From assembly GCA_000165425.1 (NCBI GenBank), contig CT868307.1, positions 372,001-436,000 of the forward strand: a stretch of 64,000 nt of DNA. Direction: 5' to 3'. The notes below the pieces were generated by a model. That model made no database searches and had not been told where the DNA came from. It saw only the letters and a program-made list of their open reading frames with translations. Positions 15,081 through 31,600 of the stretch are shown here, in pieces (the stretch's first letter is position 1; each line of letters begins with the position of its first letter). The position numbers and the translations under genes were made by a program. Source of the stretch: Paramecium tetraurelia (Eukaryota).

Positions 15081-15316
15081 TTTTATTATGAATCAATTTC
15101 AGAATTGGGAATAGTATTTAGAGTACAATGCATTTCTGCAATTTTACAACGAATTCATGAATATTCGAGATAATCTTATTGTTCAGAACTTCCAGATTTA
15201 CCCAACAAAAGATTATTATTAGAATAATAAAGTAAAAGTAGATGAGTTATTAAAATTTGTTTTAAATTAATTCCCTTTGTTGTAATTTAAAATACTTAGA
15301 AATATAAATTAATTTA

Positions 15317-16662
15317 ATGGAAAAAGTTTTAAGTTATGATTAGATAGTTTCACATCTAGTAGAATTTTGTCATAAAAGTTAAGATGAGGAAATCAAACAG
15401 ATTGAAGCCACTAAGATATTAAACTAGATGAGCATGAAGAACGGACATTAGGAATTTAATTATGAAATTGCGGTTGAATTGTTTGAAAGGGTTGCTTCTT
15501 ACAATACATCCTTAACAATTTAGACTTTAGCTAATGTAATCTATGAAGCCAATGACATCATAATAAATAAATACAATCATGCGATGAACAGGGAAATGTA
15601 TATGGAAGAATAAAAAGCATATCTAAAACACATCAAACCTTACGGGAATACAACGAACCTTCACATTCGCTCTGTGAAAATATAAGAAGCCTATGTACAT
15701 AGACCATATATCGTTGTTCTTATAGGAGAATTCATACACGAGAGTGAAATACAGACAAGGAAGGACGGATGGTTTGAATGGAGTTTGGATGTACAAATTC
15801 CAGTGAAATCTCTTGTGACAGATTTAAAAGTTGAATTACTCGAAGATCACAACATTATCGCAAGTTTACAAATACCTTGTGAAGCATTGCCTATGAATGA
15901 AATGAAGGAAGCTGAATTGCAAATGTAAAATGCTAACTGTCACACATTAATTCAATTGCAATGTATGTTGAATATTGGTAACAATTATAAGGAGTTGATC
16001 GATGAGAAAATGCAGTTTCTAGATAATCAAACTTAAATTTGTTAAGAAGAACTATTCCTGCTTTAATCTTAATTACATGAATTAAGCAAGCCCTTCTTCA
16101 GAGATGCCAACATCCAACCAAAGTAAATCGGCTATTCCAATAAGTCTCATCTAAACACTGAAATATTTTAGAATATCCCTGATAAAAGCACTCTTTAACC
16201 ACCATCCCTTCAAGCCACAGCCTTCAGAAACACTTCCTCCGCTCTTGGATTCAAAAAGATCATCATTGAACCAGAACGGAAATTTCACTCCTATCCTATT
16301 ATGGCTAGAATCGATCTCTTAGCAACATTAATAGCAGTATTTGTCTAATCATTTTATGATAGATAATTTCAATGATGATTAATTTCTTTACTCCTGACAT
16401 TAGTATTACTTTTATCATGGTTATCCTTTTTTCAATAATGCTTAAACACAAATACACATTGATTTATATACTGATTTTAGTGACTTTTGGGATCCTCATT
16501 GAAATTTTTACTCTTAGCTATTTAGATCTTAGCATATTTGCAATTTTATTAATATTGTTGAATATGCTACTAAATTTTGGATTGCTTCTCCTTACAGGAT
16601 TGCTCTTAAATGATGTTGAAAATGTGTCGAGACTTAAATCCAAGCTTTTACTACCTTTGTGA
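15317..16662 (+). CDS. Hypothetical protein with a C2-like domain and C-terminal TM helices
   Basis: MEKVLSYDQIVSHL... includes a beta-rich C2-like segment (LHIRSVKIQE...FEWSLDVQIPV...LKVELLE). A 26-nt intron at 16337-16362 joins it to the hydrophobic ORF 16372-16662. Confidence 0.7.
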
Positions 16663-16674
16663 TTAATTTAATTT

Positions 16675-17258
16675 ATGTTCACACTTAAGAAATATTTATA
16701 CGATATTGCCTATGGACAGAGGAAGGTGAAGAATCGACTTGGGATCGTAGTAATGCTCATCTCTGGATATGCTGGATACAATATTGGAACCAATCAATCT
16801 GAAAAATTGGACACTTCCTCACTCTATTAATTTAATGGATAGGATGAGGAAATATACAACCTATTATAAACAAAGCCAGTATTACAATTGATCTATCCTC
16901 CTGGAGAGCCCTATTTTGATAACTATAGAACTGCTTTCATAAAGGCTTCAAACAAATTCAAGTACAAAATGAGTATTTTATAAGTTAAGTGCACTTTGTC
17001 CTAGTTAACACCAACCAGCACTTTCAATATTGTAGGAATATTGATCTATCAAGATTACCCCAAGGATTGCTTTGGCTACCACAGAATTTCAATCTTGATA
17101 AAATTGAGAAATTTAAATAGGAAGGAGTGTTTCCTGTTGTAGAATATCTTAAGGAGTATTCTGTAGAAGGAATAGAATGCTTTTTAATGCAGAATGGTGT
17201 TATTCCTGAAAAAAAGTCAACAGACAAATTAACTTAGCAAATAAAACCATTAATGTGA
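16675..17258 (+). CDS. Hypothetical protein, possibly mitochondrial (basic N-terminus plus one TM)
   Basis: MFTLKKYLYDIAYGQRKVKNRLGIVVMLISGYAGYNIG..., with one intron gtacaaaatgagtattttataag. Ends IKPLM-TGA. Confidence 0.7.
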
Positions 17259-17388
17259 TATAATAATAATTCATCTTAAATAAAGAAAACATATAGTTTA
17301 TTAGTATAGAGTAGAGTTCCATTTCTTTATTATTTAACTACTATATAAAAATAATATATCAACTTAAAATTATTATTATTTAATATTA

Positions 17389-18347
17389 ATGGACAATTTA
17401 GCCGATGAAGAAATTTATAATGATCGCAATCGAATTGAACCATTTGTTAGAGCCATCACAAGAAATAAACATTTATTTAAAGATAAAATTGTATTGGATT
17501 TGAATGCAGGCATGGGATTGCTTAGTGTTTTGGCTTCGGAATCAGGAGCAAAATAAGTTATTGCAATGAAAGCAAATAGTTATGCTACTGAAATTATGAA
17601 ATTGAATAATATCGATAATGTTAAATTATACACAGAGAATATAAGGGAAGTGGAATTAAATTGCAAAATAGACATCATAATTGCTGCTTGGATGGGCAAT
17701 ATGTTATTTTATGGTGGATGCATATAGGATGTCATCTATGCAAGAGACAAATATCTAAATCAAGATGGTTTCATCATGCCTGACAAAGGGTAATTATATC
17801 TATAATCGATTGAAGATAGTTAATATCGCAAAACGAAGATGAATTTTTGGTATTTTGAATTATGAGTTTGTAGGGATTCTGTTTATGGGGTTAATATGAA
17901 ATGGATGAAGCAATGGATTGCGAAAGAACCACTTCTGGAAAGCATAAAGGAAAATCAATTAAATAGTGATGAATAATTGATCTACGAGATCAATTTACAA
18001 ACTTGTACTTTGGGAGATCTTAGTTTTAGTAATTAATACTAGGTAAGGATCAAGAGATAAGATTATGCAACTGGAGTCATTGTGTGGATGAAATACTCAT
18101 TCACTTATACTCATTTGCCAATCCATGTGATTATGGGTCCAACCAAGTCTCCATTTTGGAAACCGGTCATTTTGTATTTTAGAGAAGAATTCCCTGTGAA
18201 TAAGGGCGACAAATTAGAAGGTTTATTGATGTTGATTATCATTTAGGATCTTTAGCTGTGAAATTCGAATCAGAAGAACTCTTGCAAATTAAGTTATCTG
18301 TACATATGCAACAATATAATTATGTATCATATTTTAAGTTAAATTGA
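17389..18347 (+). CDS. PRMT1-like protein arginine methyltransferase homolog with degenerate catalytic motifs
   Basis: Contains NKHLFKDKIVLDL, IDIIIAAWMGNMLFY, VIYARDKYLNQDGFIMPD and FWDSVYGVNM, colinear with type I PRMT1. Introns at 17850-17873 and 18221-18246. Confidence 0.9.
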
Positions 18348-18363
18348 GTAAGTAAAATATCAA

Positions 18364-20475
18364 TCATTATACTTTCATTCTTTTCACTATTGTTGCACTT
18401 TGTTTGTTCTAATTCACCAATTTAAAAGCCAAGGGAGATGATCTCAATGAATTATACACTGCAGTCTCAGTAATGTTGCGATTAACTGCCCTTCCTCTTA
18501 TCTCACAATCAGTTTCTCTTCTTTTTGAACAAGAAGAATATGACTTCATTCTCTAAGCAGTGTATTTGGGCTAAAGAAACTTTGTAGACTAAGGGTTTTA
18601 TTGAGAATCGCTTTGTTACTATTATTGCTGACCCTCTATTTATCTGACAAAATAGCAGAGGTATCGACTCAATTGATTGATGAGCAAATCCTTAATTTAA
18701 TCATTTTAGTCTGAAGTAAAAAAGGTCCTTAGACTGTTAATTGTATCTAAAACACATTGTTTCAGTTGTTTAGACAGGAGTTTAGTCTCCATAAATTCCT
18801 AAGCATTGGCTTTTGAATCTAGAATAGGTATGACTAAAGATGAATCGCATTTTTAATCCAACTTAAATTCTAATTCTTAGATGAACCTCAATCTTTCATC
18901 GATTTGTTGGAGTGTTTCTTCCTTTATTTAAGGCTTACTATTAATGGCTATTATCTATTGGTTAAGAAGATCAAATGAGGTTTTAAATTTCTTTGTTTCT
19001 TCTAATAATTGAATTATCATCTAATTAAAATATTCCATTCTGATATTTATTGTATCTGACACAGGTTGTGTAATATTCTCTTGAAACTTACTTGCTTTTG
19101 GAAATCTTTATCTAATTTCATCCAATTAGTTTTATAATTCCTGAATTCTAGCATCTGATCGTTAAAATATTCTCTGCATCATATCTGAATTAATAATAGA
19201 TCCTTGTCTTGTGAGCATTGCTGATTTTCTAATCTTTTTTCGAGGTGAAGATTGAGCACTTTCCACTTCCTCTTAGGAGACTTCAGCTCTTTTTGGACTT
19301 TCACAATAGGTCACACTTTCCCCTTCCTTTTGAACAAGTTAATGTTACAGAGTTTATATTTCCAAATTCTTCTATTTATTGAATGCTTAAAATGAGACCT
19401 TTTATTCGAATATTTCAGCACTTATGGATTCCAGTTTTTCATTCAGATATTCAGATTCTCTTTGTAAACGTAAGGTTTTCTGCATCGCAATTTATAACTC
19501 GTCTTTCATGACTACTTTTTAGAATGTAGAATTAACGATATGCAATTATGATTTTAAGTCATTCAATTATTAATTCTCTTCTTTAATTTATTCCTACATT
19601 AATTTATGTGCTTCTGTTGTTTCTTTTTATACCATCAATATCTTCTCTGACAAAATCTTACACACTTGATTAATTCGATCTTCAAAGAGTCTTTGGTCAT
19701 TCTTTGTTGCATACACCTTTAGTTTGCTATTCGCTAGATCTTCAACTTTCTTATCCACTAATTCAGTCAACACTGACACTTATCTATCTTTAACAAATTA
19801 TATGTTATCCTAAACAATGCCCAATTATTGTTTAGTACTCATCTCTCCTTGCAAACGGTCTATTCTCTACTGAATCTAATTCTTGATATTATCCAATTCA
19901 AGACAAGTTACAAAATCTCTTCTCATTAAATCTTATACTTTAGTGATTTCTGAATGATCTATTTTCGAAGCCAATTATGTTTCAAATTAATCAAGACGAG
20001 TCTTATAGTTTTAAGTCAATCTATCGTTTTACAACAACAGCCCAGTGTATTCCTTGTGTTTTTGATTCATCTCTTTGAAATTGATTCTCATTTGATTGTT
20101 CACCTCCCTATTTTGTTTAGCCTCCTCCAAAATGCTATGTCATATTTCATTAGATCTGTACCTATGCATCTCATCAATCCAGGGTTGGATTTACATAATA
20201 TAAACAGAATGTCTGTTAAGAATTTCATCATAATGACTACTGAACTTTGAGTGCTGCGATTCAATTGAACTCAATCTTTCTTGTATCTTCAATTAAGAAT
20301 TTAGAAGTTGAATGGTATCACTTATCAAATCAACCCTTGGATTATTGGTTATAAACACATCCAAGGTTGACAATTTTTATTGCATCAATGAAATCTGATT
20401 CAGATGAGGCAGAAATGATTTGCTCAGTTATTCAATAGATTCTTCGAGTTTAATAAATCGTAATTACTCATTCAT
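18364..20475 (-). CDS. Hypothetical long coiled-coil protein
   Basis: Runs from MNEQLRFIKLEESIEQLSKSF to ...IVKRMKVQ-TGA, about 700 codons in the ciliate code. Confidence 0.75.
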
Positions 20476-20486
20476 TATTATTATAA

Positions 20487-22513
20487 ATGTAAATCTCGGA
20501 AAAAGGATTTTATAGAATCTTAAATTCTTATGATTAAAACGATCCAAGAAAGCATGTCGACTGGACCACAGACTTCACACACGAACTACCTATTCGAGGC
20601 ACCAAAGATCCAATACCAATTACAATCCCATAAGCATTCAAATAAGATTGTGTTAAATTCCTTGACATGCCTGCCCTTTCTGTTAAGCGCAATAAGATAT
20701 GGCAAACATTGAGTTACGGAGCATATTACAGCGCTGTTCTTGATTTCGCTTCTGCATTAATCGAATTAAACATAACTGAATTAAGTGCAGTCAATATTAT
20801 CGGTTTCAATGCTCCCGAATGGAATATTGCTTTCATGGGCAGCATACATGCTCATAATCTCCCAGTCGGAATCTACACCACAAATAATCCAGAGGCTTGT
20901 CTCTATGTTAGTGAGCACTCTGAATGCGAATTACTGGTGGCAGACACTCGAGAATAATTATAGAAATATCTATCCATTTGGGATCGATTACCTAAACTGA
21001 AAGCTGTTGTCCTCTATAATGATAACTTAGACCATATTAAAAATATTCCTCCATATAGGAAAGTCTACAGTTGGAATGATTTTCTAGAAATTGGAAAAAA
21101 ATCTAACAATCTTAAGGTGGTCGACCAAAGAACCAGTAAATTGGAACCAGGAAATTGTTGCACTCTCATCTATACTTCAGGAACAACAGGTAATCCAAAG
21201 GGAGTCATGCTTTCTCACGACAATTATATGTTTATTGTTGCTTAACATCTCAAGAAATACAAAATTGATGATGGATATAGAATTGTAAGTTACCTACCCC
21301 TGAGTCACGTAGCAGCATAACTAGTAGATTTAATTGGCTTATTTAGATGGGGTGGCCACTTGTATTTTGCAAACCCAGATGCACTATAAGGTTCTTTAAT
21401 AAACACTCTCAAAGAAGTGAGGCCAACCTTTTTTTTGGGTGTTCCTAGAGTTTGGGAAAAAATATATGAAGAAATGCAAAAAGTAGCTAAATCTAATGGA
21501 GTAATCAAGACTTTGATTGCAACATGGGCTAAATCTTTAGGTAAGAGTGGTACTTTTGCTTAAACGCATGAGTTATAACCCCCTACTTGTTTTAATTTAG
21601 CAGAAACAATGGTTTACTAATAGGTGAAAAAAGCATTAGGATTAGATAAGGCTGCATACTTGCTTTTTGGAGCAGCTCCTTTAAATCCTAAAATTAGAGA
21701 ATATTTCTTATCATTAAACATGTAAAATTAAGGGATTACTTTAGGTTTCTGATCAATGCATATGGAATGAGTGAATGTGGTGGTGTTTAGACATTATCTT
21801 TTCCAGAAAATTTCTCATAATTCGACAGTTTCTTTATGAGTAGTGCTGGCCAGGCTATAGAAGGAACTTAAATGAAAATCTTTTAACAGGATAAGGATGG
21901 AAATGGAGAGATCTGCTATAAAGGAAGACATATATTTATGGGTTACTTTAAAGATGATGACTCTACTAGATAAGCAATTGATGAAGATGGATTTCTGCAT
22001 TCAGGAGATATCGGAAAAATTGATTAAAAAGGAAACCTAATTATTACTGGAAGAATCAAAGAGTTGATTATTACTGCTGGAGGTGAGAATGTGGCTCCTA
22101 TTCTTATTGAAAATGAGATTAAGAAAAATCTTGAATTTGTCTCAAATTGCATGGTGATTGGGGATAATCGAAGGTACTTATCAGTACTCCTAACTCTAAA
22201 GTAGGATTAAACAGCAAAAGGAAAATTGTCAGCAGAGGTCATTTCTGAATTTCAGGCTCAGGGGTCTTAGGCTACAACAGTGGAAGAAGCTAAATTAGAT
22301 CCTAATGTCAAAAAGCACATTCAATCTTTGATAGATTAAGCCAATCAATATGTGATCTCTAAAGCATAATAAATTAGAAAGTGGACTATCATTGAAGGAG
22401 ACTTCTCGGTTGAGACTGGGGAATTGACACCAACCCTCAAATTGAAGAGGAAAGTAGTAGAAAAAAAATGGAAAGGGGAAATTGAAAGGATGTATTTAGA
22501 TTCAAGATTATGA
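20487..22513 (+). CDS. Long-chain fatty acyl-CoA synthetase (ACSBG/bubblegum-like) with C-terminal SRL
   Basis: AMP-binding motif [18 protein letters not shown], plus [43 protein letters not shown] and [10 protein letters not shown]. Intron at 21722-21744. Confidence 0.95.
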
Positions 22514-22574
22514 ATTTTATCTAAGAATAAAAATTTTATTAGATATATCATCAAATATTTCTTAATAGACAGTA

Positions 22575-27239
<4,665 letters not shown>

Positions 27240-27370
27240 GCTATGCTATATGGGAATTTAATTGAAATATATAAATAAACAGATTGCCTTTTTCATAAAA
27301 AGTAGGTAATCGACCTGAAATAATATCTGAGTTGAAAATTTAGATGATTTGACTATATTATACATAATTA

Positions 27371-28566
27371 TCATATTAATAAATCGTTAACAACTTGGTT
27401 TCTAGCATCGAAATTGTAATCTGAATGAATCCCATTTCTTTAGACAAAAGGCAGATTATATTTTAAACATTCTTCATATTCTTATTGAAGTTATTGAAGA
27501 TGAGGATTGTTCATGAATTCAATGTCCTCCTCTTTTTTAATACTAGGATGATGTTCCATTTCGTGTTAAGGATTCCAAAATTCTTACTAAAGATTTGAAT
27601 AATAATATTTCTGCTGTTCCAACATCATGTAGTAATAGGGATCGTGTGTTTCATAATTGGCTATGATGTTTGCCTCTTCTTTACAATAATATGTGAGTAA
27701 TTACCTGCTTTGGGCAAATCTGCCTATGGATTCTTCTTCTTTCTTCCAGCTCTACTTCTCTCAGCTCTCGGCAATCGCTTTCCGTTCTCTCCTCTCAAAG
27801 CGTATGGGTTAAATTTCTGATGATGACTTCGGCATTGACTGGGTGTTCTAGTACCAATTAGCTCACTCATTTATTTGAATATTTTCGATGTCTTCTTCAT
27901 CATTGAGGATGTCATGATATCCTCATATTACTATAAAAAGGATATGTAGGTCGAATGTTCATCGGTTGACCAATGACCAGTATTGATGTTCTCTTTCTTA
28001 GGCTTTTTTATTTGAGAATGCTGTCCCTTCTATTTTTGCGTCTATTGAGAACCCTCCTGAGAACCTTAGCCATCTTAATGTGGATTGGAAACAATGTCTG
28101 ATTGAAGTTTGGGCATGGGATTGCCTTGTGTGTAATGAAACACTGGATATGGTTGTTTAATACTAGGGTGAGAATGAATATTGTACATCTAATCCGATGG
28201 GATAATTATTTGTGGCTGATCCTCAACGAACTATTTGTCTGATTCTAATGTCTTTGGCAGAAGGCCCTTTGAATCGTTATTCCTTTTTCAATGAGATTAA
28301 ATTCAATTACTTATGTTTTTTATTTTTTTTATTTTTTATTTGGCTAGGTATCTCGTGTTCTTGTACGAACTCAAATTAATAGGGAGGAAATGCAGGTGCA
28401 TAAAAATTCTATTGGAATAAGTTAAACTCATTATAATTTGAACCCTGGTTTTATTCTGAAATTATTTGGTGAAAGTCTTACTTGCTTGCTCAATCTCGCC
28501 TTAGAATTGCACTTATGCCTCATTCACATAAGGGAAGTAATTTTGGTATTGCTATATGTTCATCAT
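27371..28566 (-). CDS. Myb-like (SHAQKY-class, SHHQKF variant) DNA-binding protein
   Basis: NTGHWSTDEHSTYISFL...IFKQMSELIGTRTPSQCRSHHQKFNP, with several short introns. Confidence 0.88.
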
Positions 28567-28634
28567 ATTTATTTAGAATATATTTATTTTACAATCCCTT
28601 AATTAATAATTATCCAAAAATATACTCAATTCCA

Positions 28635-31600
28635 TCAGGTCAAATCATCCTTCACTACCATCTGTCTTATTGTCCTATCCAACTAATTATCCAAAAATAA
28701 TGACTATTGAGGAAGCAACAATAAAAATCGCTTCATCAAATTGAATTCCCATTTAAAATATGACAATATCTTTGTAAAAACCAACAGAATGCTCAAAACC
28801 ATCAGAATAATAAACACCAAGTTTATTATCTAAATTCAAATGAAAATATTTACCAATATTTGTAAAATCAATTCATCAGTTGAATTCTTCAACTAACTTT
28901 GAAATTTCTATTTCAAAACTGAAATGGTATCATATAATATCAAACCAGCCTCTAGTTCTTCCTCTGGCGAGTAGACTTTAAGTACAAATCCCTTTGTTTG
29001 ATTGTACTCATTCAGTAAATTGTTTCTTATTGTTGCACCGGCAGCTGAAAATCCTTTACGCAACACCCCTTAGTATACGGCATCACAATGACTTTAAGCC
29101 ATCTCGATTTTATTCTTATGATAATAAATGAAAACTTACTGCTGGCAAGAATTAACACACATCAGTGCTCATTATTAATTCCATTTCTGATATAAATTCA
29201 TCAGATGTTATGTATTTTGATTTATCCATTTGAACGACAAGAGATAAGAAATTATTGATGATTTCAATTTGATCAAAGAAATTTTGAACAAAAAATGTGG
29301 CATTTTTATCATGAAAAAAGTAGAAGATTGTACCTATTGGATACTTTTAATAGTATGTAACTTCTCTCATAGAGAACACCCCACTAACAGCTATGCACAA
29401 ATCAGATAGTGAGTTAAAGAATGTTGTTGTATCAGGATACTTATCAAAATAATTTCTACCCAAGGAATTCGTTATAAAGCAAAAGATAAAGCAAATTCCA
29501 AATATAAATGTTAATGTAAATAATGAAGGGAATAAAGACATCCTTTAATTTAAATTGGCAATTTAACCTTTCTACTTTTACTTATTATTTTTTTAATTCT
29601 AAGCAATTTTCTCCTTCCTTATATCTTCAGCAGCTAAAAATTTCTCTTTGATGTCAATATCAAATTAATATTTAAATAACACATCTGAATCTTTTATTAA
29701 TAATGAGGCTATTCCTCTGTATCTATCAATGTCTCTTTGCAACCAAACCACATCTATAAAGTTAAAAAGTTATAGAAAATTATCGTATTGATTTAAATAG
29801 GCTTTATAAAATGTAAAAGCTATAACCAATAACAAAAAACATATTAACACTATTGGAATCAGAAGATAATTCCATTTCTCAGACACAGTACCTGATCTAT
29901 TGATCGAATAGTTTACCATCTCTTGATTTAACAGTGACAACTATTCTACAAATGTTTAATAATTTCCATATAGAAACACTAAAAACCCTTGAGTTAAATC
30001 TAAAGTGATGATATTCAGATAATCTATCTTTACAAAGTTGTATGAAGCCTCTAAATATAAATACATAGATTCTCTTGCTGATATTGAGTAGTTGCTAGTA
30101 TTAGGATACTTGCCTACCAAAATATTGAAATACTTATCTTCAAAGAAAGGATTCAAATAAGGGTTTGAGAGTTATTTCGTGAAACTATCTTTAAGTTCAA
30201 AGTAAGTATAATTGATATCTCTAATTGAATATTGCATTTTTGCTATTTAACTTTATACTGTTATATTTGGATAAAGGAGTAATAGAACAGTATAGACTGT
30301 CAAAGAATTCTAAGATACGATATACTTATTAACTGGCCCAATAATATTAGACTTTATTTGGATTAAATCCAATTCTTCTAAAAATCTATTCAAATCATCG
30401 TTTGAATAATATAGCATAATCCCACTATATACTAAAAATAGAACAAACATCACTGTTAGAAAGACCAACATAAGTTTAAATTTCTTTGAAAATTTTGTAG
30501 AGTTTATCAGTTTCTCAATTAAATCATACTTTTTTGAGTATTTTGATTTCTTCAATCCTGCAATGGAACTAACTTGGGATCCAATGTCATCAATGTGAAC
30601 AACCCTTTATTCCTTGGAGTCCATTTACATTTGCATTCTAATATTCTCTTATAATTCTTGATCTATATCATCGTACTAAAGCTTATCTACTTAATTTTCT
30701 ATCATCTATTGCTTTTTTTCACTACTTTATTGAAATGATGAAGACTGCTCTTCCTACTCAATCTATTCAATTGACTTAAAGAATTGTTATTTATTACCAA
30801 ACTATTTACCTTTAGTTTAGGTAACATTAAAATCTGGATTTTTATTCTCAATTAATCTCAATCCACTATCTTTTGGACTCAACATTGATTAATTTTGATA
30901 TGGTTATTAATAAGATTAATTTAAACTCTTATCATTGACTCTCAGTTTATTGATGTTGTAATCAAATTGATCCATATGATCCAAATTTTCTAAATTTGCT
31001 GTTTGATCCTCCAATCCATACAATTCGATTGCCTTAGGCAAATTTACTGCATATTCTATATCTTCCTATTCAAATTCATAGGCATTAAAACTTTCAAATT
31101 CTTAATTTGAGTTTTATCCTAATGTCAATTATGGTTCAGGTGTTGTATTTTCTGTTCTGGATTGTTTTTTAATTTCTTTGATTTCAATTATAATATAATT
31201 TGTATCTGTTTTAAAATTCCGGATATGTAAAATACAATCTACTTAATAGCTAGTTAAATGGTCTTAATTTTCCCAATTTATTTTTTGATTGTTCTCCAAG
31301 AGTAAAGCCAATGGAACTTACATTTGTAATGAATATTCACTGATTTATGTCACATCAATGACATCTAAATTAGCATCAGAAGCCTTAGTGATGTTGGCCT
31401 CAAGTATTAAAGAGATTTTAGGAAAAATCTTGGATAATGGAACTCTCTGAAAAGCTTAAGCCAATTCTTTATTTAATTTGCTGCTGTAACCCAATTTATT
31501 GATAAAGTTTTTTGATATCCCTGACACTTTGTGATTGGATAAGGAAAATAGATAAACACTTTAAGTTTCAAGGTTTTACAGGAAACAAGCAAATGTTAAA

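Noticed and set aside
15088..15339. An 83-codon plus-strand ORF starting 7 nt from the divergent gene's ATG
   Set aside because: It has no recognisable features and overlaps the next gene's start out of frame. With a single stop codon, ORFs this long arise by chance.
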